Shown here in pieces: positions 1 through 9,725 of a stretch of 64,000 nt of DNA. The DNA is from Epiperipatus broadwayi (Eukaryota; Animalia; Onychophora). The position numbers and the translations under genes were made by a program. The notes under the pieces were generated by a model, which saw only the letters and a program-made list of their open reading frames with translations, did not search any database and had not been told where the DNA came from. Numbering within the stretch: the stretch's first letter is position 1; each line of letters begins with the position of its first letter. The DNA lies in NCBI GenBank assembly GCA_028023455.1, contig JAQFVV010000002.1, positions 11,966,001 to 12,030,000 of the forward strand, in the 5' to 3' direction.

Positions 1-446
1 TTTGCTATCATCAGTGAAAGACAGGAATTTTAGAAACTAGATCTAAACACAAACTCTGAGCATTTATGAAAGTTTCTATTCAGCTTGCAAGCATGAATCT
101 TTTAGACACGTAATGTCTTCAAACTCAGCTTAGCAAGCCAGATAGCTATATGGGTCTGATCTCAGAACGCCATCTGTTGACATAAATACAAGCGTTAGCA
201 AGTTTTTAACTTGTTTCTTGTTTTTCATAAATGTACCTTTGAGGTCTTTCTAGCAATGATATATATTGCAGAGGCTTCTACTATGTGGTGATGCTGAACT
301 GAGATCAGACTCATATAGCTATCTGGCTTGCTATGCTGAGTTTGAAGACATTACGTGTCTAAAAGATTCACGCTTGCAAGCTGAATAGAAACTGTTTCAT
401 AAACGCTCAAAGTTTGTGTTTAGATCTAGTTTCTAAAATTCCTGTC

Positions 447-488
447 TTTCACTGATGATAGCAAATAGCTTGAAATCATGATCTGAAA
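447..488 (+). ncRNA. Minimal type I hammerhead ribozyme (F1 copy 1)
   Basis: TTTCA-CTGATGA(452-458)-T AGC aaata GCT T-GAAA(472-475)-TCATGA-TC^(483)-TGAAA. Stem I TTTCA/TGAAA 5 bp, stem II AGC/GCT, stem III palindromic ATCATGAT, AUC cleavage triplet. Confidence 0.85.
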
Positions 489-841
489 ATGGAATTAAAG
501 TTAGAGATAGTGAATGCATACTCTGACGTTTATGTAAACATACGCTTGATGGTGTTTTTGGTAGAACGCCATCTGTTGACATAAATACAAGCGTTAGCAA
601 GTTTTTAACTTTTTTGTTTTTCATAAATGTACCTTTGAGGTCTTTCTAGCAATGATATATATTGCAGAGGCTTCTACTATGTGGTGATGCTGAACTGAGA
701 TCAGACCCATATAGCTATCTGGCTTGCCATGCTGAGTTTAAAGACATTACGTGTCTAAAAGATTCACGCTTGCAAGCTGAATAGAAACCGTTTCATAAAC
801 GCTCAGAGTTTGTGTTTAGATCTAGTTTCTAAAATTCCTGT

Positions 842-885
842 CTTTCACTGATGATAGCAAATAGCTTGAAATCATGATCTGAAAG
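842..885 (+). ncRNA. Minimal type I hammerhead ribozyme (F1 copy 2)
   Basis: Same core as copy 1: CTGATGA 848-854, GAAA 868-871, cleavage after C879, stem I CTTTCA/TGAAAG 6 bp. Confidence 0.85.
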
Positions 886-1737
886 TGGAATTAAAGTTAG
901 AGATAGTGAATGCGTACTCTGACGTTTATGTAATCATATGCTCGATGGTGTTTTTGGTAGAACGCCATCTGTTGACATAAATACAAGCATTAGTAAGTTT
1001 TTAACTTGGTTTTTTGTTTTTCATATATATATAAAGAGAGAGAAGAATCTTTATTCTTCACGAATAAAAAATTAAAATTTTAAATAATATGAAGATCAAT
1101 TTCATGAAAATGGAAATCATATTCCCATAGAATTAATATTAATCTTATGGGAGTTTGGCTCACATTTTCATGCAATTGATCTTCAAATTGATACCAATGG
1201 TAGTTCAGATAGTAGTAGAATATTAGCTATATATTATCAGCTAGTACTATCAACAATGTAACATTTAAGAACCAAATGAATATTGGAAAATAGGTTATAA
1301 TGCATTAAATTTTATAATGATATAATAAACAGGATAAACAATAGAATCATCATGCATATTTATATGTCACTATCTTTTACTAGTGATGAAGTTCCATTAT
1401 ATTACAAAAGTGTTTTTTCTTTATATTCAAAGCATAAAATTCAACGTATTCAAACTTTTTTATGCTCTGTTAAAATAACTATAGCAGTGTTAGTGTCATT
1501 TGGAAATAAATAGAATGAAAAAATATAGATTTTGTTTTAAAATGAAATTCCCAAGTTCTATTATAAGCTAATTTATAATAAGTTTGATTCTAAATAACCA
1601 CAATCAAAATTATAGATGTGCAAAATATGTCAGATTATATAGTTATTTAACATTTTAAAATAGCCATATATCAATATCAAGACATCAAAATGCTGCATAA
1701 TAAATTAATTTGAAAAATAGCAATATTTAAAATAAAC

Positions 1738-1772
1738 AAAGCAAAACTCTCCATACAGTAGTGCCACCCTGT
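1738..1772 (-). repeat. Short terminal fragment of palindromic family F3
   Basis: GCAAAACTCTCCATACAGTAGTGCCAC matches the F3 terminus at ~21459-21484 and the reverse complement of ~21994-22020. Confidence 0.6.
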
Positions 1773-2099
1773 GCCAACCAAACAATTATATGCTAGTATA
1801 AGAGATGGTGATCATGTGATGCTTAGTGGTTAATATTTAAAATATTAAAATAATTATAATAAATATTAAAGTAAAAATATTTGTAAGTTAAATGGTGCAA
1901 AATACTTTAATGCTCTTAAATATTAGTATATCTAAGATATGTAATGCTGAAGCAATGAATTAAATGATTAAATCAAAAAAATAAAAGCAGTTAAATCAAA
2001 ACAACTTTTCTGAAAAATAATATTTTTCATAACACTAAAACAAACTTTAAAAATCAGCTAGTAAAAGTATATTGGATTAACTAGATAACAAAATACTAT

Positions 2100-2272
2100 G
2101 ACAATATGATTACATCTGACTATTATCCATGTTAGTTTATCATTGCTTCATATCCTTTTAACACCTGGAACTTTAATGATTTCCACATCATTAAGTGAAT
2201 ATGTATATTTATACTGTCAATGTCTTCCCATATCAATGAGTTTGCATTCTGTGATTTCTGTTATCCATAATT
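2100..2272 (-). mobile_element. CR1/L2-like LINE RT C-terminal remnant
   Basis: Minus strand reads ..TECKLIDMGRH*QYKYTYSLNDVEIIKVPGVKRI*SNDKLTW, resembling the KCK..Y.Y.L....V..KDLGV..D.KL.W segment of CR1/L2 RTs. Contains in-frame stops. Confidence 0.5.
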
Positions 2273-2470
2273 AAAAAAAAGTCAAATAAGAAAGATAAAT
2301 TAATGAGGTAATTTTTATACAATTTTAATTTATAATACAATCACCAAGCAGCAGGATCACTAAACACCACAAGTAAATAGCAACAATAGACTTTTTATCC
2401 CCCCTCCCTAACCATTATAAACTCTTTTTTAAAGTGTCCAAACTCTGCTCAAAATTTAAACAAATGTTAA

Positions 2471-3262
2471 TTTTATCAGGACAATCTAGAATTGATTAGT
2501 TTGGAAGGGGTTAAATATAGAGAGATAAAAAACCAGGGAAGTAATGCACGAAGTATAGAAGTATTTTTACCTGGATTAAATATAAATAATATATTGAAGA
2601 AATTACAACAGATATGTGTACCACAATCGTACATTAGGTTTACGTTTAGGTTCCTAAACGGGCTCCTTCCTACTAAGGCCCTGCTGAATAGTAGGCTCCA
2701 TATGAACTTGGAACCAATATGCGTGTTATGTAAAATAAAGGAAGATAGCTTATTGCACTTATTTGAGGAGTGTAAGACCCTCTGGCACATTAGAAATAAA
2801 GTATTCATAAACCAGTAATAAACTTAAATGAAATAGTAAAAACAAACTTTGTGAACTTTAATCCGCATAACACATTGGCAATAATACATACATTGAAAAC
2901 AATATGGTCCATAAGATGTAATGCAATCTTTGATAATAAAAAGTATAACTGGTTAAAAAAACTAGATAAAGATTGGAGCAAATACTTTAATCAATGCCTA
3001 AGTTACCTACCAAAGAAAATTATGGTGAAAATATGGTGTAGATGTATGCCGACTCTATGTGAAGTGTGGAATTGATAATCTAAATCAAAATGTTTATAGA
3101 AGACCTGAATATATAGTGATGTTCTCTGCATTTGCATAGCATAGTGTTTTTAAAGTAGAGTGAAATAATTATTATGTATATCTAATAGTTAAACCATGTG
3201 GTTTATTTGTAAAAAGTGTATATAAAATTTGTGTTATTAATAAAGAATATACTTTAAATTTA

Positions 3263-3307
<45 letters not shown>

Positions 3308-3320
3308 AAAAAAAAAATAT
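2471..3320 (+). mobile_element. 5'-truncated L1/Tx1-clade LINE 3' end (zf-RVT C-terminus, 3' UTR, poly-A tail)
   Basis: ORF 2492-2818 has FRFLNGLLPTK...CVLCKIKEDSLLHLFEEC (zf-RVT-type CCHC). ORF 2851-3075 has IWSIRCNAIF (W..RN..IF motif) in a shifted frame. AATAAA and a ~55-nt poly-A follow at ~3263-3320. Several CpGs are retained. Confidence 0.85.
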
Positions 3321-3600
3321 ATACCACACAAAAAACACCACCAAAAATTACCAAAAAATTTGTTAAACTCTTTCTTTTCCTAAAATTTTTTTTTTTAAAA
3401 AAAAAAAAAAAAAATTTATAATATAATTTTAAAATAAATAAAAAAATAAATCATTTTATATCACAAAAAATTTTTATACGTAAAAAAAGAAAAAAAGGGG
3501 AAAGAAGAAAAAAACAAAAAAGAAAAAGTTTCCCGCAGGACGGAAAACTTTTATAAGTAAAAACCTCCCCAGGGTAAATAAAAAAGCAAGTAAAATATTA
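3320..3600. repeat. Low-complexity homopolymer-rich tract after the poly-A
   Basis: Successive A and T runs with little information content immediately after the LINE poly-A. Confidence 0.6.
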
Positions 3601-3844
3601 AATCAAAACAATAATTTATTTTTATTGAAATAAAAATAATATTATGACAGAAACTGATTTTAACCAGCTTACATACCTAAGGACTCTACTTCTAGTAAAA
3701 ATTCAAATCCCATACAATACAAACAATCTTCTTCAGTAATTTCAAGTAAATTAATAACAACATTATCATGAATTAAATAGGACAGTTGGATTGAAATAAA
3801 AATAAAACAGGCAGTTCACAATAATCAGACATTACATATATCAT

Positions 3845-4700
3845 TTCCAAACTTCTTATACACTTAACAATACTAATATTTTACACAAAAACTTTACTCT
3901 TACAGTTTCAATTGACCTACAGTCATCATCAGAGTTACAATATCCAAATATATAATCATACAATTAATACATTATATTTATATACACAATAAAAAACATA
4001 CATCTTAACCTGACCATTATGAATAATCATTTTCCATTTTATAATTCTACTCTTAACTAATTTTATTTTTTATTTATATTATTTTATTATTAAATTATTC
4101 TAAAACTATTTATTATAATTTTAAAACTTTAATCTTTAAACTCTACTATTTAACCTATCATTTTATTATTATTATTTTACTTATATTTTCTTAATTAATT
4201 CTAAACTTTCTTTATTTTATTATATATTTTTAATTATTAACTTTTTACATTATAAATTATCTTTTTTGATTACATTACTAAATACTTATATCTTGTAATC
4301 CTATTTCCAAAAACCAACTGACAAATTTTAAAAATTCTTATACTTGCTTAGACCTCCCTCTATCATCATTTTCATTAACTTTATTTTTTAAATCTTTTTA
4401 TATTCAAACTACTATTATTAATAATAACTATAATTATTCATAAAATTATTGCATTTACTCCAAAATCCCTATTACGATTTGGTTTTATATTTTTAATCAA
4501 TATTGCCTCTTTAATTTTTCTATCCCTTCTATTATTTGTATAATAAATCATTTTTATACTATACTTTTCAAATCTATGTTCTGTTTCTAATGAATGCAAA
4601 TAAATAGGTGACCTCTTAATTTATGAATATTTAATGAATGTGTATATATTTGGTTTTTTTTTTAAATTTTGTTTTAAAATGTAAATTACTGAACTTTGAG
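3845..4700 (-). mobile_element. Penelope-like element 3' remnant: GIY-YIG endonuclease tail plus pLTR-like region
   Basis: Minus strand ~4613-4438 reads RSPIYLHSLETEHRFEKYSIKMIYYTNNRRDRKIKEAILIKNIKPNRNRDFGVNAIIL*, the H..T.H...RKIKEA...P..NRD.G tail typical of PLE endonucleases. SVIYIL lies upstream near 4690. A non-coding tail with a hammerhead-like core follows. Confidence 0.8.
3896..3935 (-). ncRNA. Degenerate hammerhead-like motif in PLE tail
   Basis: Minus strand: ACT-CTGATGA(3932-3926)-TGAC tgtag GTCA att-GAAA(3909-3906)-CTGTA-AGAGT. Core and stem II are present, but stem I is only 2 bp and stem III is abnormal, so it is probably inactive. Confidence 0.5.
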
Positions 4701-6077
4701 TTTTGGGTTTAATATAATTGATTAAATGTATATATATATATATTGTTTTAACATATATATATATGTTAAAATATATATTTTAAATGGTTCACTATCATTC
4801 ATAAAGTTTGATATCTTCATCAAAGCTTGATTCCAAATGACATGAATAATGGGGATAAAATACATATGTATATAAGCATTGAAGGTTTTTTTTTCTTCAA
4901 AGAATTTAAATTCAAAAAAAAAATTATAAAATAAAAATAACAATGGGTGAATGTAAATATATACATATGGCAGTAACAAATTCAAATGACAAAACACGTT
5001 GTCAGACACAACATAAACAAAATAATAAATATGCAACTATTCAAAATGTCATTTGTATTTTGATTTTTATACAAAAATATATATTTAAAAACTGGTATCA
5101 AATGCATATAAAATACCTTATTTCAATTGCATTATAGCATAAAGTATTGTGCCTAATTTGAAGATATTTATAAATATAAAAGTTAAAAATTCTTAAAATA
5201 CACTTCTTTGCATTACTATATGTAAAAATAGAAAAAGTAAATTCATTACTAGATGATTGCTTAAAAAATACAATAAGTATTATAAATTTAAAATGCTTAA
5301 TAAGTATTATATGTAAGTTACATTAAAATAATTTTATAAAGATATTTATGTGGTTATTGCACTTTTATATAAATAACTTCCATAATGATTTTAAAGCAGT
5401 GTTGAGAATAAAAATAATCATATTTACAATCAAATCCAGCCTTAGAAATTGGCTGCCTTTTGCAATACCATATTTTTATGCCCCTTCCCCCTGAAAAACC
5501 TTTTTTAATGATGTCATAAAAACCATGAAATTAATCTAGGTTCAATATGACTGAGCACAAATTTTAAATAGCAGCATTAACTAATAAAAATTCAAGTTAA
5601 ATGAAAAAAGATCATAAAATATATCTTTAGAAAAGAAAATAATATATACTATTAACTTAAATGTAAGCAATTAGTCTTAAATATTTATGCAAAGCCCACC
5701 TTATTTTGAATTTACATCCTTTCTCCAATTTTTGCTTGCAATATATTGCAACTGACTTCTTTTTTTCCTTTTTTATCAGACATATTGGAAGGTTAAAATT
5801 ATTTTAAAAACTAAATCCTAATAACTGTATCTAAAAACAGCTTTATTACCAATCACTGCATAATTGATATGTGTTGATTCTATTTCTTTGAATAATCAAT
5901 AACTTTTGTTACCTTTGTTTGATTTCATTGGTTCTATCTTTTAACCAAAAATATAAAAGAATATATTTTCATAAATGTGTTCATCAATAAATGTTTTTCA
6001 ATAACAATTTTTTAAAAAATGTTTTAAATTAATACTCTATACAGGCTTAAACCTGTATATATATATGTAATGTATGT

Positions 6078-6240
6078 AGGATTCGAATTCAAACTTTCAC
6101 ATGACCCAACTCTCCATGCCATCTCATATTGCTGACCTACCTGATCACACACATGTTGAAAAGATAAATGATCACCAATATACATATTTCATGCTAAACC
6201 AGTGCATTTGGCAAAAAAATCAGCATCCATGTTAAAAGGA
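6078..6240 (+). mobile_element. Decayed tRNA-derived SINE
   Basis: B-box-like GGATTCGAATTC, then CCAACTCTCC..CCATC and a GGC..CAGCATCCATGTTAAAA tail resembling common invertebrate SINE bodies. Confidence 0.35.
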
Positions 6241-6916
6241 TTATTAAATATTACCCCAGTTCAACTTTTAACCTCAAATCAAAGTCAACTTATGATCAAT
6301 AATAGAGTTAAAAATAAATTAAGGTAGATATGTGTTCTCTTAGATTATGATTTCTGATATTAATACTGAGGGTACAATATTAAATGCAGCATATTAAATT
6401 TTAAAAATAATAATGATTTTTAAAAATACACATTATAATAAAGTTTTATTATATCAAAACGTAACTAATGACAACTCTGTTTTAACAGAGAAGTAATAAA
6501 TGATTTATTCTTCTTCTAATTTAAGCTAATTTTGCTGCCACTAAAAACATACCATCCCATGTAGATGCATATAACTCTTTACAACATGTTAGAAATGTTG
6601 ATGTTGAAAAACTTATTTAGAAAAGGTATAAGTATAAAAGATGCATTGGAAGTATAAGCAAAGTTATTGGAGAAGCTTAAAAAGATGTGATATAAAATAA
6701 ATTGGATTATTTTGTCAGACTTTTTGAAAAATGAAAAGTATTGATTGAAAAGAAATATGTATTATGCAATCTATATATGAATAAATATCAACTCTAGAAA
6801 AGATTAAAACAGGCAAAACTCACTATACGTATTGCCACACAGAGCAAGCTAGAGTAATCAATGGATACCAGAAGGCTTGTGCATAAAATCCCCATCTAGT
6901 GCCTACTCATCCAATA

Positions 6917-6955
6917 TCCCCAGACTAGTTTCTGGCTTGTGGCCTTCGTCAGTGA
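6917..6955 (-). ncRNA. Hammerhead ribozyme, antisense arm of F3 (stem I truncated)
   Basis: Minus strand TCA-CTGACGA-A GGC cacaa GCC A-GAAA-CTAG-TC^-TGGGGA. Only 3 bp of stem I remain because the inversion junction cuts it. Confidence 0.65.
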
Positions 6956-6992
6956 TCCTAAAATCTAGGTCCAGTGCTCTCAGATCCAAGGC

Positions 6993-7034
6993 TCCTCACT
7001 GATGAAGGCCACAAGCCAGAAACTAGTCTGGGGA
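6993..7034 (+). ncRNA. Minimal type I hammerhead ribozyme (F3)
   Basis: TCCTCA-CTGATGA(6999-7005)-A GGC cacaa GCC A-GAAA(7019-7022)-CTAG-TC^(7028)-TGGGGA. Stem I 6 bp with one G-U, palindromic ACTAGT stem III, GUC triplet. Confidence 0.85.
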
Positions 7035-7159
7035 TATTGGATGAGTAGGCACTAGATGGGGATTTTATGCACAAGCCTTCTGGCATCCATTGATTATTTG
7101 CCTGTTTTAACAACAGTTATACACAAGCATAAGAAGCGGTGGTCATGCAATGTTTATTG

Positions 7160-7665
7160 GCTTATGTCTAGAAAAGGCAGATATGGAGAAAAGTTAAAAT
7201 TTTAAAATTGTTGTCTAATTCTATTTTGATAGAAATAATAGCAAAACAAAAAAGACATTTTTTTATGATTCATTAAAGCTAGATTTAAAAAGATAGTTTT
7301 AAACATTTGTTTAGAAAATAACTTTATATAATATGAGATATTAACAATTAGAAAAAGAAATCAGTGAATATGGATGAGAACAAAAGGATTATCTAGAAAA
7401 ATAAGCAATATAAAAATATTAAAATAAGTTAATGAAAAGAAATTAATTATTAAAGTAATTGTAAAATAGATAAAACATTGGAATAGCATATACTTAAAAA
7501 ACAGAAGTGCAAAGAATATGTGAGAATGGTTAAAAAAAGATTGATGATTTTAAAAAGGGATTAGTTATAAGTGTTCCAATAAATAAAAAGAAAATAAGAA
7601 TAAAATAGTGTTGAACAAATGAGCATAACCTGCCTTTTGGCAGATAATAATGATGGTGATGATTA
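7160..7665 (+). mobile_element. Decayed RTE-like LINE 3' end
   Basis: Purine-rich degenerate coding-like sequence ending AACCTGCCTTTTGGCAGA followed by an (ATG/GAT)n-like tail, a typical RTE-type terminus. Confidence 0.5.
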
Positions 7666-9230
7666 AACCAGGAAGTGTTTAACTAATTATATTAAAGCAA
7701 TTATATTATTGTTATAAATTATATATAATTTTACATACATTTATGTATTTGTATATACATAAACACACACATTATGCATAAATAAAAAATGTTTGAAAGT
7801 TGAAAATAACAAACAATAACAAAAAAAGAAAAAGTAAAAGTTTTTAAGAATCTAAAAAGGATTATATATATATTTTGATTAATTGTAAAACAATACATAT
7901 TGACAATTATTGTTAATATTTATCACCCTATGTGGAAAGTACTTGCTGGATCAGAAACAATACTTTAAAAATTGAACAAATATGTATATATGTGTATGTA
8001 ATAGACAGTTTTACATATTTATCTGAAGAAATTTTTTATGTAAATTTACATCAATACCTATTCTATTTAATTATTTGAAATTAGAAAATAATATTAAATA
8101 ATTCCCTTTAAAGCAAAAAAATAAAATACTATTGGTCTGTAGGTCAGGACAATTCATTCCATTTCTCCAACACATGAATCATAAAAATGGAACACTATGC
8201 TGCCATGTTTCTTACAAATGGTCTAATGAGTAATGACCCTCAGTCAAGTCAGAAAGACAGTTCTTCAATAATATTTTAAAAAGATCTGTAAAAATCTTTT
8301 CTTGATTCAGGGCTTGTCACACCAAAAACAAAATCAGATACTTCAACTTGCCCTACTGGCTTGCAAATATGTCAAATCAAGCTGAAATATTCTGCCAAAA
8401 CTATGATGGTCAAATAACTTTAAGTGCTTTTCTTTTGGTTTGTTTTCTGAATTTTATATTTTATTAACTTATGTATAAATATAAACACACACACACACAT
8501 CTAAATACATATACCAGTACATAAATAAAGATGTGTAAATTGACATGTGTAATTATGATATAGCAGCAATATGCTTATCGTTCAGAAAATATCTAACTAT
8601 TCTTATTAATTATCAACTTTAATTGCTAAATACTAACTATTTGTAAGTATATTAACTTCCCTGCCTAAGATAAGTTAAGGTATCTAGACAAAATGGTGCT
8701 ATAGCCAAATAATAGTATTCAATCAATACAATTTATTCTAACATTATTTTACATATTTTTATGATAAAATTTAATAATTTTTGTAGTTTAAAAAGTAATT
8801 TTATAAAATACTGAAGTCCCTAGATCACTTGTAACAATAAATTTCCTTTTTTAATTACACAACTTGCTTTATTTTTTATGTACATGTGTTATTCAGGAGA
8901 TGATTTATTATTATGAATTCCTACCTATAAAAATGTATAAACATAAAAGAAAACACTCAAAAATTAAGTATACTACTAATAAAAATGCTCTAACAATTAC
9001 AATTTTTTAGCAAATTTCTGAAGTTAGTTTAGATTAAAAATTATAACTGTTAGAAAAACATCACCCCTACCCCAATATTTTTAAACAATTCAATAAAATA
9101 TTTCCTGCTTTTTTTAAAAAATGTTTTAAAAGTTTTATAATATGTTATATATTTATTTGTTCTACATATGATGATATTTCTTTTGTAAGTTTAACTTTCT
9201 CAAAAAAAAAATACAAAAGCAAAAACCAAC

Positions 9231-9725
9231 AAATGGCAATCCTCACGGTTTATAACGTTCAAGCTTAAGAGAATAGGGTCATGTGATCTATGACTTTTAT
9301 TTTGACTGTTTATAGTCTCTGCCTTAAGTCTTATGCAATGTTATATTGCTAAGACTACTAATATATGGTATGGCTGAAGATCTATCAGCCTCCTATAGCT
9401 ATTTGAATTGGATCGCTGGGTTTGAAGACATGTAGGTGTCTGAAAATTTCAGATTTTCCACTCAATAGATAACTTTTAGGTAAATGCTGGCTTTGGGTTG
9501 ATATTTTTAGATCTAGTGTCTGAACCTACCCTGACACCTCTCTGAGGAGTGCCAAAGCATGAAACTATGGTCAGGGGTTTGGGGAGGGGTTTGTGACAGA
9601 GATATTTTTAATGCTTTCTCTGGCTAAGCATTTAACACAAAGCTTGTTGAGAAATTGGCAATCCTCATTGTTTATAACTTATAAGCTTAAAAGAATAGGT
9701 CATGTGATCTATGACTTATTTTGAC
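9231..9725 (+). mobile_element. Hammerhead-bearing partial tandem element, family F2 (422-nt unit plus ~73-nt terminal duplication)
   Basis: 9231-9306 is repeated at 9652-9725. Internal blocks are homologous to F1. Intact hammerhead at 9536-9578. Confidence 0.8.
9536..9578 (+). ncRNA. Minimal type I hammerhead ribozyme (F2)
   Basis: ACCTCT-CTGAGGA(9542-9548)-GTGC caaa GCAT-GAAA(9561-9564)-CTATGG-TC^(9572)-AGGGGT. Stem I 6 bp, stem II 4 bp, stem III A-U/C-G/U-G, GUC triplet. Confidence 0.85.

Larger units (their letters stand above)
1..1024 (+). mobile_element. Hammerhead-ribozyme tandem repeat (retrozyme / Penelope pLTR-like, family F1) with inverted 5' arm
   Basis: Units start AACGCCATCTGTTGAC at 166, 565 and 961 (399 and 396 nt, third partial to ~1024) and differ at only about ten sites. 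1-165 is the reverse complement of 299-465 and runs off the window edge. Each full unit carries a hammerhead core. No meaningful ORF. Confidence 0.85.
6804..7118. mobile_element. Palindromic hammerhead element, family F3 (short copy)
   Basis: Left arm 6804-6955 is the reverse complement of the right arm (~6996-7110), with ends TTAAAACAGGCAAA / TTTGCCTGTTTTAA. Both arms carry a hammerhead core. Homologous to 21450-22030. Confidence 0.85.

Noticed and set aside
433-624. 63-aa minus-strand ORF inside the F1 repeat
   Set aside because: Antisense to the ribozyme unit, no recognisable motif, and the homologous F2 region has frame-breaking indels.
1-1024. CRISPR or satellite interpretation of the tandem array
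   Set aside because: Units are ~400 nt with no spacers or cas genes in a eukaryotic context, and the hammerhead cores explain the repeat better.
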